Counted from the first letter of the stretch, positions 8,002 through 18,970 are shown. The stretch: DNA of 54,845 nt from Eubacteriales bacterium (GCA_045658225.1 JAZOUO010000103.1:1-54845), one strand, 5' to 3'. Notes: generated from the sequence alone by a model not told the origin. Program-made: numbers and translations.

Positions 8002-8841
8002 TTAATGCGACTTTTTATATACGTATATCTCAAATTCAACCTCGGTCTTTAGGCACTCCACGTCTAGAAGCTTTTCCTTGTCTGCCTCGGAGGTGCGCCA
8101 ATAATAAGGTGTCATTGAGAAAAGATTGTCCACATCGCTTTGTCCGTTTACTTCTATCTTGTATTTCAGGTCCAGTCGCTCAATCATATCTGCATTTACA
8201 GGCAGATCTGCACGCTCTTTGTTTTCATACGTGGACTCGTAAAGCACGCGCTTGAGCCCCATAAGATGATCCTTGCCCGCACCGACAACTATAAGCACAC
8301 CGCCGTCTTTAAGAACTCGCATATACTCGCTCTCTGCGCATGGCGCAAATATGTTTAACACACAGTTGACGCTTGCGTCCTTTACGGGAAGCTCGAACAC
8401 ACTGCCCGTTGCATAAAACGTGTTGTCTATACCTTGACGTTTTGCGGATTTTGCTCCCGCAGAAACTCCAAATTTGGACAAATCAAATCCAAGCACAAAT
8501 CCAAATTTTTCAGCTATTTTATTGGTATAATAGCCCTCTCCGCAACCCGCATCAAGTATAACAGCATCATCTCCGATATGTTTCGATACGACCTCGCAAA
8601 GCTTTTGTGCCAAAGGAAGATAATAGTCACCCGAGAGGAAATTCCGTCTTGCAGCTATTGCCTGCTTGGAATCTCCCGCCCCCTGCTGCGACAGACTCAC
8701 GTATCCGTCAGCCGAAAAATCAAAGCAATGCCGTCTTTGTCCTGTGCAGAACAGGCTTTTTTTGTTTTCCGATTCATATACGTCACTTGAACACACGGGG
8801 CATTTTATAATTGTCTTTAAAATAATATCTCTGTCCGTCAT
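8002..8841 (-). CDS. rlmA: 23S rRNA m1G745/748 methyltransferase (RlmA family)
   Basis: N-terminal zinc finger CPVC...C...H-C-FD and SAM motif LDAGCGEGYY; ATG at 8841 has a GGAGG RBS. Confidence 0.8.
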   Translation of the reverse strand: MTDRDIILKTIIKCPVCSSDVYESENKKSLFCTGQRRHCFDFSADGYVSLSQQGAGDSKQAIAARRNFLSGDYYLPLAQKLCEVVSKHIGDDAVILDAGCGEGYYTNKIAEKFGFVLGFDLSKFGVSAGAKSAKRQGIDNTFYATGSVFELPVKDASVNCVLNIFAPCAESEYMRVLKDGGVLIVVGAGKDHLMGLKRVLYESTYENKERADLPVNADMIERLDLKYKIEVNGQSDVDNLFSMTPYYWRTSEADKEKLLDVECLKTEVEFEIYVYKKSH

Positions 8842-8923
8842 AAATACCTCCGTTGTGTTTTTCAAGTAATTATACCATTAAACTCCCAAAAATTCAAGTG
8901 CCTTTTTAGAGTGACATTAAATT

Positions 8924-10414
8924 TTATTTGAGCGCGATAAACTCACTTCTTACTATTTCAAGCTCAAACCAGAAGGTAGAGCCCTCTCCGAGCTTGCTGT
9001 TAAGTCCGTAATGCGCGTTGTGAGATTCAAGTACACCCTTTACTATGGAAAGTCCAAGTCCCGTTCCTATTCTTGCGCGCTTGTGCACCTTGTCAACCTT
9101 GTAATATCTGTCCCAGACAAGCGGCATATCTTCTTTATCTATTCCCTCGCCCGTGTCGGTCACAGAAATACGTACTACACCCTCGCTATGACTCTGAACA
9201 ACCTTTACGTACTTATCATCACCCGTGTAGTTTATAGCGTTATTTATGAGATTGTAAATAACCTGCAAAATCATAGTTCTATCCGCACGCACGTATATCT
9301 CTCTGTCAAAGTCAAAGGTAATTCTGTATCCGTCTCGCTCGGTGAGCTTTGAATATCTGCTCATTACCTCGTTTACCGTCTGCGTGAGGTTAAATTCCTC
9401 AAGTTCGGGCTTTCTCGCGCCAGAACGTATCTTGGACAGGTCAAGCATGTCATTTACAAGCTCGTTAAGTCTTTCGGTCTCGTCTATTATGACCTGAAGA
9501 TTTTCGGGAGTATTCTCGTCAGGAATATCTCTCATTACTTCACCGTATCCCTTTATCATAGTCAGTGGAGTACGCAGATCATGGGATATGTTTGCCACAA
9601 GCTCCTTTTGAAGAGCGTCGGTCTTTGAGAGCTCGTACGCGGCATAATTGAGCGCGTCGGCAAGCTCTTGAGATTCTCGGTAATTTCCACCCTTAAAATG
9701 CGCGTTATAGTTGCCTTGAGCCAACATCTCTGCCGACTTGCCCATCTCCTTGAGTGGCTTGCACACCGACTTTGAAATACTGAGAGCTACGATAAGAGCT
9801 GCAATGAGAAGTATAAATGCTATCCAACTAAACTGCATCTGCAATGTGTTTACCGTCGCATTAAGCGGCAAATGATCAGAGTTGAGCATTATAACATACG
9901 TGTTGCCCCCCGACTCCTTGAGCGAGACGTACACCGTCCCGAAATTGCTGTGCTTTGGATGCGAATTCGAGTGAGCAAGCTGCTCTATATAAAGTCTGTC
10001 CTCGGCTGTCATGGCCTTGTGGCAATAATTTGACAGCGTCTTGTCCGACACGTGATGTATAAAACAAGTGGGAGAAACACAAACATCCTTTACTATCTCC
10101 CTTGCCTCGCCACTCTCAACTATGAATACACGTATGCATTCGTCATATTCAGCCGCGTAAAAGCTGGCGGTATTATTAAGCTCTGCTATGTTGGGAAGCG
10201 TTGCGGTGAGTGCCTTGTCAGTTGCCTCAAGCTCGTCCATTTTGCTTTGTTCATAAAACCAGTTTAATAGCGCAACCTGAAACACCCATATTACGATAAG
10301 CATTACCGCAACGAATATCAGCAAAGCGCCAAACAACCGCCACGAAACTCCCATTTCGTAGCGGCTATTTATTCTTTTCCTTTTTTCCTGCGTCTGATAC
10401 GCATTGTTGTTCAT
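8924..10414 (-). CDS. HAMP-domain sensor histidine kinase
   Basis: Two TM segments, H-box ANISHDLRTPLT, N-box NLINNAINY, G-boxes DTGEGI and GTGLGL. Confidence 0.93.
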   Translation of the reverse strand: MNNNAYQTQEKRKRINSRYEMGVSWRLFGALLIFVAVMLIVIWVFQVALLNWFYEQSKMDELEATDKALTATLPNIAELNNTASFYAAEYDECIRVFIVESGEAREIVKDVCVSPTCFIHHVSDKTLSNYCHKAMTAEDRLYIEQLAHSNSHPKHSNFGTVYVSLKESGGNTYVIMLNSDHLPLNATVNTLQMQFSWIAFILLIAALIVALSISKSVCKPLKEMGKSAEMLAQGNYNAHFKGGNYRESQELADALNYAAYELSKTDALQKELVANISHDLRTPLTMIKGYGEVMRDIPDENTPENLQVIIDETERLNELVNDMLDLSKIRSGARKPELEEFNLTQTVNEVMSRYSKLTERDGYRITFDFDREIYVRADRTMILQVIYNLINNAINYTGDDKYVKVVQSHSEGVVRISVTDTGEGIDKEDMPLVWDRYYKVDKVHKRARIGTGLGLSIVKGVLESHNAHYGLNSKLGEGSTFWFELEIVRSEFIALK

Positions 10415-10441
10415 AGTTTTCTCCGTCACAAAGTAAAATTA

Positions 10442-11146
10442 TCAGTTCTCACCTTCAAATCTATAGCCAACTCCTCGGAGCGTGACTATATATTTGCTAT
10501 ATTCACCAAGGCTTTTGCGCAACAGCTTTATGTGAGTGTCAAGTGTGCGCGCGTCTCCGTAGAAATCATATCCCCAGACCTCACTGATAAGCTTTTCTCG
10601 CGAAAGAGCAATATTTCTATTGTCCAGCATATAGAAAAACAGGTCGTATTCCTTGGGTGACATTTCTATTCTTTGTCCCTTTATGTATACTATTCGAGCA
10701 GTCACATCGGCCTTGAGTCCGCCTCCGTCAAGCTCAATAATGATATTCTGTTTTTTCTGCGCTCCCATGTCAGTCGCCACCGCGCCCGACGCACGCTTCA
10801 TTACGGCGCCTATGCGGAGCATAAGCTCCTTGGGAGAAAAGGGCTTTACCACATAATCGTCAACGCCAAGCTCAAATCCGTTTATTTTGTCGTATTCCTC
10901 TCCGCGCGCCGAAAGCATTATGATAGGAGTCTGCGATACCTTTCTTATCTCTCTGCAAGCGGAAAATCCGTCAAGCTCCGGCATCATAATGTCCATTATA
11001 ATAATGTCAAACTTTTCTCTGCGGCAAAGTCTTACCGCCTCCATTCCGTCACCTGCCTCGGTCACCATATGGCCCTCAAATTCAGCGTATTTTTTTATTA
11101 TCGAGCGAATTCTCGCTTCGTCGTCAACTACAAGTATGTGAAACAT
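10442..11146 (-). CDS. OmpR/PhoB-family response regulator
   Basis: VVDDE, DIMMPELDG, DDYVVKPF and winged-helix RTLDTHIKLLR...TLRGVGY. Confidence 0.95.
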   Translation of the reverse strand: MFHILVVDDEARIRSIIKKYAEFEGHMVTEAGDGMEAVRLCRREKFDIIIMDIMMPELDGFSACREIRKVSQTPIIMLSARGEEYDKINGFELGVDDYVVKPFSPKELMLRIGAVMKRASGAVATDMGAQKKQNIIIELDGGGLKADVTARIVYIKGQRIEMSPKEYDLFFYMLDNRNIALSREKLISEVWGYDFYGDARTLDTHIKLLRKSLGEYSKYIVTLRGVGYRFEGEN

Positions 11147-11180
11147 ATTTCTCGTCCTTTCTGTAAATAGTCATTTAAGA

Positions 11181-11771
11181 TTATTCAAAATCCACATAAT
11201 CCGCTGCTCTCTCGCGTAGGATTATACAAACCGCCAGTGTTTCTCCTTTTCGTTCCACCGTTAGAGTTATCTCGTCTCCCACAGAACAATCATTCATTGC
11301 CTGCTCTATATCCTCCGATACGGATATATCTACTCCGTTCACAGATATTATTTTATCTCCGAATATCAATTCATCCGTGTATTCCGAGTTGGTCACGATA
11401 ACTCCCGTGGAGGTAATACCGTATTGGGAGTAATAATATAGATTTTCCGAGGTCACATCAATCGCGCTAATGCCGTGATCTCCAATCTTCGATTCACCGC
11501 CTATTGTCGCAGCAGAGGTACCGTTCTTGCCTTCACCGAAAAAATTCTTTATAGCCAATGCTCCAAATACGATCCCGGGCAAAATCGTCATAAAAGAAAT
11601 CATTATTGACATCATGGCGATAATAATGTATTTAATAACCATTGCGCGCGTTTTTATTTTTTTCGTATCCTTAGGTGTGTAGCTATATGAATACTGCCCC
11701 TCGCCTTCCTGCTTGTAGGATTGGTCGTAGTTATTATTCACACCGTCATGATTATTGTCATAATTATTCAT
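11181..11771 (-). CDS. Membrane-anchored PDZ-domain protein (HtrA-like layout, no protease domain)
   Basis: Low-complexity N-terminus, one TM helix, short linker, C-terminal PDZ (GVIVT...GDKIISVNG...VGDEITLTVERKGE); no GNSGG motif. Confidence 0.75.
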   Translation of the reverse strand: MNNYDNNHDGVNNNYDQSYKQEGEGQYSYSYTPKDTKKIKTRAMVIKYIIIAMMSIMISFMTILPGIVFGALAIKNFFGEGKNGTSAATIGGESKIGDHGISAIDVTSENLYYYSQYGITSTGVIVTNSEYTDELIFGDKIISVNGVDISVSEDIEQAMNDCSVGDEITLTVERKGETLAVCIILRERAADYVDFE

Positions 11772-11804
11772 AAAACCACTTCCTTTCCATTATTTATCAA
11801 TTTG

Positions 11805-11838
11805 ATTATATTCAAAATTTGTGACGATTTAATGACGA
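11805..11838 (-). promoter_or_regulatory. Promoter with an OmpR/PhoB-type direct-repeat operator
   Basis: Minus strand TCGTCAT-TAAA-TCGTCAC, then 10 bp, then TATAAT; 11-bp periodicity and no consensus -35. Confidence 0.6.
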
Positions 11839-11959
11839 ACAATTAAAAAGTCATTGAATTATTAAAATATTCTTGTTTTTGCGCCGATTATTTGGTATAA
11901 TATAATTAGTATTCGATTACTATAGTCAAAAATCGACAAGGATGCATTGGGGAGTAAGT

Positions 11960-14900
11960 ATGATCAATCTCATTTTCGGCTGCGCAGGAAGTGGCAAGAC
12001 AAGCCGCATAACGCAGGAAATTAAAAACTCCATATCACAGAACAAGCGCACTTATCTGCTCGTTCCAGAGCAGCAGGTGTTTGTTGCAGAGTCATTGCTG
12101 GCAGATCTACCGGACAGCGCTGGGCTTTATTTTGAGGTCATAAGCTTCTCCCGTCTGTGTGAGCTTGTGTTTGGAAAATACGGCGGTATAAGCTATACTT
12201 CTATCACTGACGGCATGCGCAACCTAATCATGTGGAAAAGCATACGCCAGCTCTCCCCCTTTCTCTCAAATTATAGCCGAACCCTGCCAGACGCCAGCCT
12301 TGCAAGTCTTATGCTTGCCACGGCAGATGAGCTGCGCGCTAACTCCATATCCATAAAAGCACTTGAGGACGCAATAGAAAACACAGAACAAAATGACGTA
12401 AAGGACAAGCTCTCGGATATAAACGCCGTTATTGCAACCTTTTATGAAAATCTTGAATTATCTCTTGGAGAGGGTGCAATCGCAGCTGAAAACAAATTTG
12501 AACGTCTTTATGACTGCCTTTGCAAACACAATTTTTTTGAAGGTGCTGACGTATTCATAGATTCGTTTACGGACTTTACGGGCATTCAACACAAGATACT
12601 TGAACAAATAATGAAACAGGCAGACAATACATATATATCCGTCTACTCCAAGGAGCGCGGATATCATGCGCCACATAATTCAAGTATCACCGAAACCATA
12701 AAAAAGCTTACCCGTGCATCTCGCGAAAGCGGAAGAAATTTTGATGATATTATTCTGGGTGGAAACGTTCGAACTCATAGCCCACAGCTCAAAATACTTG
12801 AAAAACATCTTTGGGATTTCACCGCAAAAAAGGAGTCCCTTCCCGAAGTTCCCGAGGAACTTTCGCACGACATAGAAATGATAGAGTGCGAAAACGAGTA
12901 CGAGGAGACGGAATGTGCCGCGCTGAAAATACTTCAGGCGCGTAAAAACGGTCTGAAATATTCTGATATAGCAGTTATTCTGCGCAACCCCGATGAACGC
13001 TCAGGAATTATAAACGCGGTGTTTTCAAAATACAATATCCCATATTTCATATCCGAGAAAACACAACTAACATCCACCCCTGCGGCGAGATTTATGCTCT
13101 CGTCTCTGCGCTGCGTGGCGAGAAACTACCGTCTTGGTGACGTATTAACGCTACTGAAAACAGGACTTTGCGGTATTGACGACAGAGATGCGGATATGTT
13201 TGAGGAATATTGCCTTACGTGGAATATCCAAGGTAAGACATTCGCATCCCAGGTGTGGAATATGAACCCCTCAGGATACGTTGTAGATAACAGCAAACGA
13301 GCAGCGGATATACTTGAAGCTGCAAACAAAGTCCGCAAGACACTCATATCCCCTCTTGAAGAACTGAAAATCCAGATGAAATCGGCAGGTGGCAATGCCA
13401 CTGAGCTTTGTCGCGCCCTATATTCCTATATGGAGCATCATGGACTTTCAGATCGCCTGTGTAATCTGGCAGAGCTAGAGCTGGAGCTTGGTAATATCAA
13501 GGATGCGGGCGAAATACTGCGTGTATACGACGTGATTGTCTCCACTCTCTCACAAATATGCTGTGCCTTGGGCGATGAACAGCTCACGCCCGACGAGCTT
13601 ATGACCGCTATCGAGATAATGCTTGCTGGCACGGAGATAGCTTCTGTACCGTCCATAAGCGAGTGCGTGACCATAGGCTCAGCGGCAACACTTAGAGTTG
13701 AGGGTGTAAAGCTTGGTATAATTATGGGACTGTGCGAGGGAGTATTTCCGTCTATCCCCAAAGATGCAGGACTTCTTTGCGAGTCTGACAAGGAAATTCT
13801 GTCGGAGGTCGGTATCACCTTCAAGGCAAGACGCCAGCGACTTATGTCCGATGAACTTTTCTATGTCTACAGGGCTATGACCACTCCCTCTGAGAAGCTG
13901 ATAGTCACAACTTATTCCTCAAGCATTTCGGGCGGCTCGGTCTCTCCATCAACGCCTTGGCGCAGACTGCTTACATTGTTTGAAATACCGATAGAGCATT
14001 TTAACGGCAAGTCTGTAAAGGCTATGTCTGATCATAAGAGGACATTTGGCGAAATTATGGAGCTTGAGGGACATAAAAAAGAATATTTTGGCGATAGTCT
14101 GTCGCTTGATGATACTATCCCCACAGAAAAGTTGCAGTCCATTCTCGGAGATTCGCTTTATCTGTCCAAAACGAAAATACAGAATTTCGTCAAGTGTCCT
14201 ATGCTCTATTGGAGCAAGCATATGCTTGACCTTCGTCCGCGCGAGCTCGCAACAGTAAGCGCGGCGGAATCGGGAACTCTTATACACTACGTTCTTGAAA
14301 ATCTTTTCCGCGAGATACGTCTTACAGACGGTTCTCTGCACCCACAGACCTCCACACAGATACTCTCGCTCACGGATAAATGGGTGGACAGATATATTGA
14401 GCTTACAAACTGCCCCAAAACTCCCGCTATCATGTTTGCTTTCTCAAAGCTCAGAAATATGGCGTACCTTATGGCAAACAACATATCCGAGGAGTTCTCA
14501 ATGTCGGATTTCAAGATGTTCTCCTTTGAGCAGAGCATTTCTAATTACGGCGCAAGATCACTCAAGCCTTTTGAGATAACCTTGAGTTCTATTGAAAATT
14601 CCCCTACCGTCTATCTCGGCGGAAGCGCAGACAGAGTTGACACATACACAAAGGACGGCATAACCTACGTGCGAATTATAGACTATAAAACTGGCAGCGT
14701 ATCCTTTAATGAGGAAAAGGTTGTCTCAGGTGCAGATCTACAGCTTCCCGCTTATCTCTTCGCTATAGCCTCCGAGAAAAACAAATCTGCATTTGGTAAT
14801 GCGGAAGCAGTCATTCCGGGTGCTTCTTTGTACGTATCCGCTATAGAATCCGCGGGAGACATATCCATAGCGCGAAGCGGTATGATATACGACGGTGAGG

Positions 14901-15169
14901 ATTTCCTTTTAGCATCAAATAAAAATCTTAATTACGACTATATCAGCACCGCTGCGGCAAACGCAGCCAAAAAGGACAAGCTTGACAGTTGCTCCGAGCT
15001 TTACTCCGAGGAAAAAATATCTCAAATGAAGGATATTCTCACCCAAACAGTCGAGAACACCGCAAACCAGATATTCTCGGGAGTTGCCACACGCACCCCA
15101 TCGGCAGAAAGCTGCAAATACTGTCCTGTGCGTCATTCCTGTCCTGTTGCAGTTAAATCCAAATTTTAA
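11960..15169 (+). CDS. addB: ATP-dependent helicase/nuclease subunit B
   Basis: GCAGSGKT, LLVPEQ, nuclease motif ADRVD...IIDYKTG, QLPAY and Fe-S cysteines (CP...CKYCPVRHSC); upstream of addA. Confidence 0.9.
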   Translation: MINLIFGCAGSGKTSRITQEIKNSISQNKRTYLLVPEQQVFVAESLLADLPDSAGLYFEVISFSRLCELVFGKYGGISYTSITDGMRNLIMWKSIRQLSPFLSNYSRTLPDASLASLMLATADELRANSISIKALEDAIENTEQNDVKDKLSDINAVIATFYENLELSLGEGAIAAENKFERLYDCLCKHNFFEGADVFIDSFTDFTGIQHKILEQIMKQADNTYISVYSKERGYHAPHNSSITETIKKLTRASRESGRNFDDIILGGNVRTHSPQLKILEKHLWDFTAKKESLPEVPEELSHDIEMIECENEYEETECAALKILQARKNGLKYSDIAVILRNPDERSGIINAVFSKYNIPYFISEKTQLTSTPAARFMLSSLRCVARNYRLGDVLTLLKTGLCGIDDRDADMFEEYCLTWNIQGKTFASQVWNMNPSGYVVDNSKRAADILEAANKVRKTLISPLEELKIQMKSAGGNATELCRALYSYMEHHGLSDRLCNLAELELELGNIKDAGEILRVYDVIVSTLSQICCALGDEQLTPDELMTAIEIMLAGTEIASVPSISECVTIGSAATLRVEGVKLGIIMGLCEGVFPSIPKDAGLLCESDKEILSEVGITFKARRQRLMSDELFYVYRAMTTPSEKLIVTTYSSSISGGSVSPSTPWRRLLTLFEIPIEHFNGKSVKAMSDHKRTFGEIMELEGHKKEYFGDSLSLDDTIPTEKLQSILGDSLYLSKTKIQNFVKCPMLYWSKHMLDLRPRELATVSAAESGTLIHYVLENLFREIRLTDGSLHPQTSTQILSLTDKWVDRYIELTNCPKTPAIMFAFSKLRNMAYLMANNISEEFSMSDFKMFSFEQSISNYGARSLKPFEITLSSIENSPTVYLGGSADRVDTYTKDGITYVRIIDYKTGSVSFNEEKVVSGADLQLPAYLFAIASEKNKSAFGNAEAVIPGASLYVSAIESAGDISIARSGMIYDGEDFLLASNKNLNYDYISTAAANAAKKDKLDSCSELYSEEKISQMKDILTQTVENTANQIFSGVATRTPSAESCKYCPVRHSCPVAVKSKF

Positions 15170-15183
15170 GAAAGGAGAGCATT

Positions 15184-18100
15184 ATGGCAGAATCCAAGTT
15201 TACTCCTGCGCAACAGCAAGCGCTGGACATAAGCGGCAGAAACGTGCTCGTGAGCGCCGCCGCGGGATCGGGTAAGACCTTTACTCTGACACAGAGAATT
15301 ATCAAAAACATTCTTGAAAAAAACGCAGATATATCCAAAATATTGGTCGTCACATTTACACGCGCCGCGGCAAGTGAGCTTAAAAGCCGCATTTCCTCGG
15401 CGATAATGGACGCGATAGCGCAAAACCCCGAAAACACTCACCTGCAAAATCAGATGCTACTTCTTGGCGAGGCAGATATATGCACTATCGACTCGTTTTT
15501 GTCGCGTCCCGTGCGCGAGAATTTTGAAAAGCTCGGACTTCCCGTGTCAATGAGAATAGCGGACGATGCAGAAATAGCTGCCCTCAGTCATTCCGTACTT
15601 GAGGAAGTTATGGCATCTCTTTATGAAAAATACAACGTCTGCGACGACTGCAATCTCGCAGACATAAACCTCAACACCCCTCTGACAGACCTGCTCTCTC
15701 TTTTGACCACAACAGTCAAGGACTCGTCTGAAATAGCCCCATTCCTTATAAAGCTTCACGGCAAGCTTATAACCTCTCCTCGCGGAGTCGGGCTGCTTTC
15801 CGACTTTGCTCAAAGACTGAAGGAAGATGCCTCCCGCGATTTTCTTGCAACACTTGAAGGTCAGCTTGTCTGCCGCGAGCTTGAAAAGATTATAGATGGC
15901 GCTATTGCTTTCTATGATAATTCGTATGATTTCCTTGCGAACGATAGCTTACTGGTCAAGCAGTACCTCCCCGCTTTTGAAGAAGATAAGAATGAGCTTA
16001 TATCCATATCCGAATCTACAAATCAAGGTTATGAGCTTCTGTGCAGAAAAATAAACACCTTCCCCTCACAAAAGCTCGGCATAGTAAAAGCCACGCAAAA
16101 AACACCCGAAAGCATAAAGCTTCACGAGTCAAGAAAAGAAATAGTTTCGCAGATAAAGGATTTCCGCAATGAATATCTGTGCTACAATCAAGACGAAATA
16201 CGAGCAATGTATCTCAAGACCGCAGAGATAACAGAGGTTCTTTACACTCTGCTGGCAGAATTTGATCGCAGATATATGCAGGAAAAAATCAACCTTGGAA
16301 TATACGAATTCTCGGATATGCCAAGATATATGATAAAGCTACTTCAGAATGAGGACGGCTCGCCAAGCGATACGGCAACAAGAATTGCCGAAGGATATGA
16401 CGAGATATATATCGACGAGTATCAGGACGTAAACGAAATACAGGACAGTATATTCAAGCTCATAAGCCGCAACAATCGCTTTATGGTTGGAGATATAAAG
16501 CAGAGCATCTACGGCTTCCGTGATGCAGAGCCGACCTTCTTCTCAAATTACAGAAACAGCTATCCTATGTACTCACCTGAGAGTGAGGGTGAGGATATTC
16601 CCGAGGGCTCGACAATATTTATGTCCAACAATTTCAGAAGCGACAAGCGTGTTATAGACTTTTCAAATGCAGTCTGCTCGCCTATGTTTAAGGCTTGCGG
16701 AAAATCCATATCCTACACGTCCGACGACGACCTTGTGTTCAGCAAAAAACGCCCCGAGGGATATGTCTCCCCCAAAATCGACATACATATTTTTGCTAAG
16801 GGCATGCCCGAGGATGCCAAGAAAAACGTTCTCTGGGCAGAAATTGACGATATATCCACCCCCGAAAGTCAACCGAGAGACGACGGCTTTGACGAGGAAG
16901 CAGTAGTTGTTGCAAACCAAATTGCTGAGCTTATAAGACACGGCAAAAAGGCTGATAACACTCCAATAAAGCCGCGTGACATTGCTATTCTTGTGCGAAA
17001 GAACAAGTCCATCCCGTCTATTACCAAGGCTCTCCGCGCTTTAAATATAGAATATCTTTTGGCGTCAAAAAGTGAGCTTTTGCAGAGCCGCGAAATGACT
17101 TTGCTCTCAGAGCTTGTAAATATAATCGACAATCCCAGATGTGACGTTCCTCTGTGCAGCATCCTTACTTGCGAAAGCCTGCCCGAAAATATAAGATTTT
17201 CAATGGGCGAGCTTATAAGCATACGTGCACATTCGGACAAAAACGCCTCTCTTTACGACGCCATTCTGACATACGGCAGAGACGGCGAGGGGGATCCGCT
17301 TGACACTTTACTTTCGCAAAAATGCCGCGAGATCACAAGAAAGCTCACGTCCTTGCGCGCGCTCTCAACAAAGCTCTCCGCGGAAAAATTTTTGCGCGCA
17401 CTTACAGCAGATAATATGTTCTCCTGTTTTGTCGAGTCAGACGCATTTACGTTTATGTACGACTCGGCTTGCAAGTACACAAAGAGCTACTGGAACGGAC
17501 TCTCGGGCTTTATCAGATATTTTAATAACATTATTGAAAATGGCTCAATAAGCGGCGAGGTCAAGCCCGTGGAGAACGCTGTAAATATAGTCACGATGCA
17601 TTCCTCCAAAGGACTCCAGTACAACACCTGTTTCCTTTATGATTGCGGTCTGCCGTTCAACACAAAGGATTTTCAAAAGTCCTTGATATATGATAAGGAC
17701 ATCTGTGTTGGTATGCATATTCCAATGCGCGAGGAAGGTGAGGTAAATACCAAAAAGCTTGACAGCATAATACACAAGGCTACAGCGCTGGATATGCAGA
17801 GCAAGGCACTGCAGGAGGAGATGAGAATTCTTTACGTGGCGCTCACCAGAGCCGAGGAAAGACTTATTATCTCAGGCACAGTCGCAGGAAACTCTACCTA
17901 CAAGAGCTTTTTTGAAAAATTTAACCTTTACGGCATATCAAATGTATCTACTATATCTCAGCCCTCTCTTCTCGGTTGGGTAGTAGGCTCTATGTATATT
18001 GACGGACATGATAGATCCACGTATAATGTCACTCTGCACTCGCTTTTGAATAATACACATCTTTGTGATCCTTTTGAGAGCAAGGAAATTAACACACAAT

Positions 18101-18960
18101 CACAGAATGTTGACCCAAATGTTTTAGAATATGCCGAACTGATGTCCTCGCCCCCATCTCTTCGCCCCGAGGAAATAATACTCTCGGCAATTCCCTCGAA
18201 CGTGGCGGCGTCCAAGGTGTCAGAGAAAATGCTTGACGAAAGTGTATTTTCCAACATCAACACCGGCGTGCTTTTCTCACAGTCAGATGATAACGGTCAG
18301 ATTAAAGAGAGCGAAAAGGCGGATAACGCACAGATAATTAAAAACAGAATTGAACTTATGCGCTCACAGCCGCCAAGCTTTGACAGTCTGCTTGACGTCA
18401 ACAAAAAGCCCACCGCCACAGAGCGCGGAACGGCAATGCATGCATTTTTGCAGTACTGCGATTACGAAAACATACGTGCAAACGGACTTGAGCAGGAAAT
18501 ATTCCGTCTGCGTGAAGGTGGCTTCATTTCAAGCCGAACCGCAGACATTCTTGACCGCTTCCAGCTTGAAAGATTTGTCAGAAGCAAATTCTTCTCTGTT
18601 ATCACAAGCGCAAAGAGTGTTCGCCGCGAGTTCAAGTTCGGAATGTTCAGACCCGCATCGGAATTCACACAAAATACAGAGCTTTCGAGCCTTATATCCG
18701 ACAAAAAAATATTTGTACAGGGCTCAATTGACCTGATTATTGAAAATCACGACGGCTCGATATTCCTTTGCGACTACAAGACTGACAGAATATCCCCTGA
18801 GGAGCGCAAAAATCCTGCGCTTCTGCAAGCGCGTATGACCGAAGCACACAAGCATCAGCTTGACCAGTACGCCTACGCAATAGAGCGTATTTTCGGCAAA
18901 CAGCCCGAGCGCATATATATTCTCTCACTCGCACTCGGCGATGCGGTGGAGATAAAATAA
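15184..18960 (+). CDS. addA: ATP-dependent helicase/nuclease subunit A
   Basis: UvrD motifs SAAAGSGKT, TFTRAAA, IDEYQD, VGDIKQSIYGFR, TMHSSKGL and YVALTRA; C-terminal RecB-type nuclease GSIDL...DYKTD. Confidence 0.93.
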   Translation: MAESKFTPAQQQALDISGRNVLVSAAAGSGKTFTLTQRIIKNILEKNADISKILVVTFTRAAASELKSRISSAIMDAIAQNPENTHLQNQMLLLGEADICTIDSFLSRPVRENFEKLGLPVSMRIADDAEIAALSHSVLEEVMASLYEKYNVCDDCNLADINLNTPLTDLLSLLTTTVKDSSEIAPFLIKLHGKLITSPRGVGLLSDFAQRLKEDASRDFLATLEGQLVCRELEKIIDGAIAFYDNSYDFLANDSLLVKQYLPAFEEDKNELISISESTNQGYELLCRKINTFPSQKLGIVKATQKTPESIKLHESRKEIVSQIKDFRNEYLCYNQDEIRAMYLKTAEITEVLYTLLAEFDRRYMQEKINLGIYEFSDMPRYMIKLLQNEDGSPSDTATRIAEGYDEIYIDEYQDVNEIQDSIFKLISRNNRFMVGDIKQSIYGFRDAEPTFFSNYRNSYPMYSPESEGEDIPEGSTIFMSNNFRSDKRVIDFSNAVCSPMFKACGKSISYTSDDDLVFSKKRPEGYVSPKIDIHIFAKGMPEDAKKNVLWAEIDDISTPESQPRDDGFDEEAVVVANQIAELIRHGKKADNTPIKPRDIAILVRKNKSIPSITKALRALNIEYLLASKSELLQSREMTLLSELVNIIDNPRCDVPLCSILTCESLPENIRFSMGELISIRAHSDKNASLYDAILTYGRDGEGDPLDTLLSQKCREITRKLTSLRALSTKLSAEKFLRALTADNMFSCFVESDAFTFMYDSACKYTKSYWNGLSGFIRYFNNIIENGSISGEVKPVENAVNIVTMHSSKGLQYNTCFLYDCGLPFNTKDFQKSLIYDKDICVGMHIPMREEGEVNTKKLDSIIHKATALDMQSKALQEEMRILYVALTRAEERLIISGTVAGNSTYKSFFEKFNLYGISNVSTISQPSLLGWVVGSMYIDGHDRSTYNVTLHSLLNNTHLCDPFESKEINTQSQNVDPNVLEYAELMSSPPSLRPEEIILSAIPSNVAASKVSEKMLDESVFSNINTGVLFSQSDDNGQIKESEKADNAQIIKNRIELMRSQPPSFDSLLDVNKKPTATERGTAMHAFLQYCDYENIRANGLEQEIFRLREGGFISSRTADILDRFQLERFVRSKFFSVITSAKSVRREFKFGMFRPASEFTQNTELSSLISDKKIFVQGSIDLIIENHDGSIFLCDYKTDRISPEERKNPALLQARMTEAHKHQLDQYAYAIERIFGKQPERIYILSLALGDAVEIK

Positions 18961-18970
18961 AAAGCAAAAC

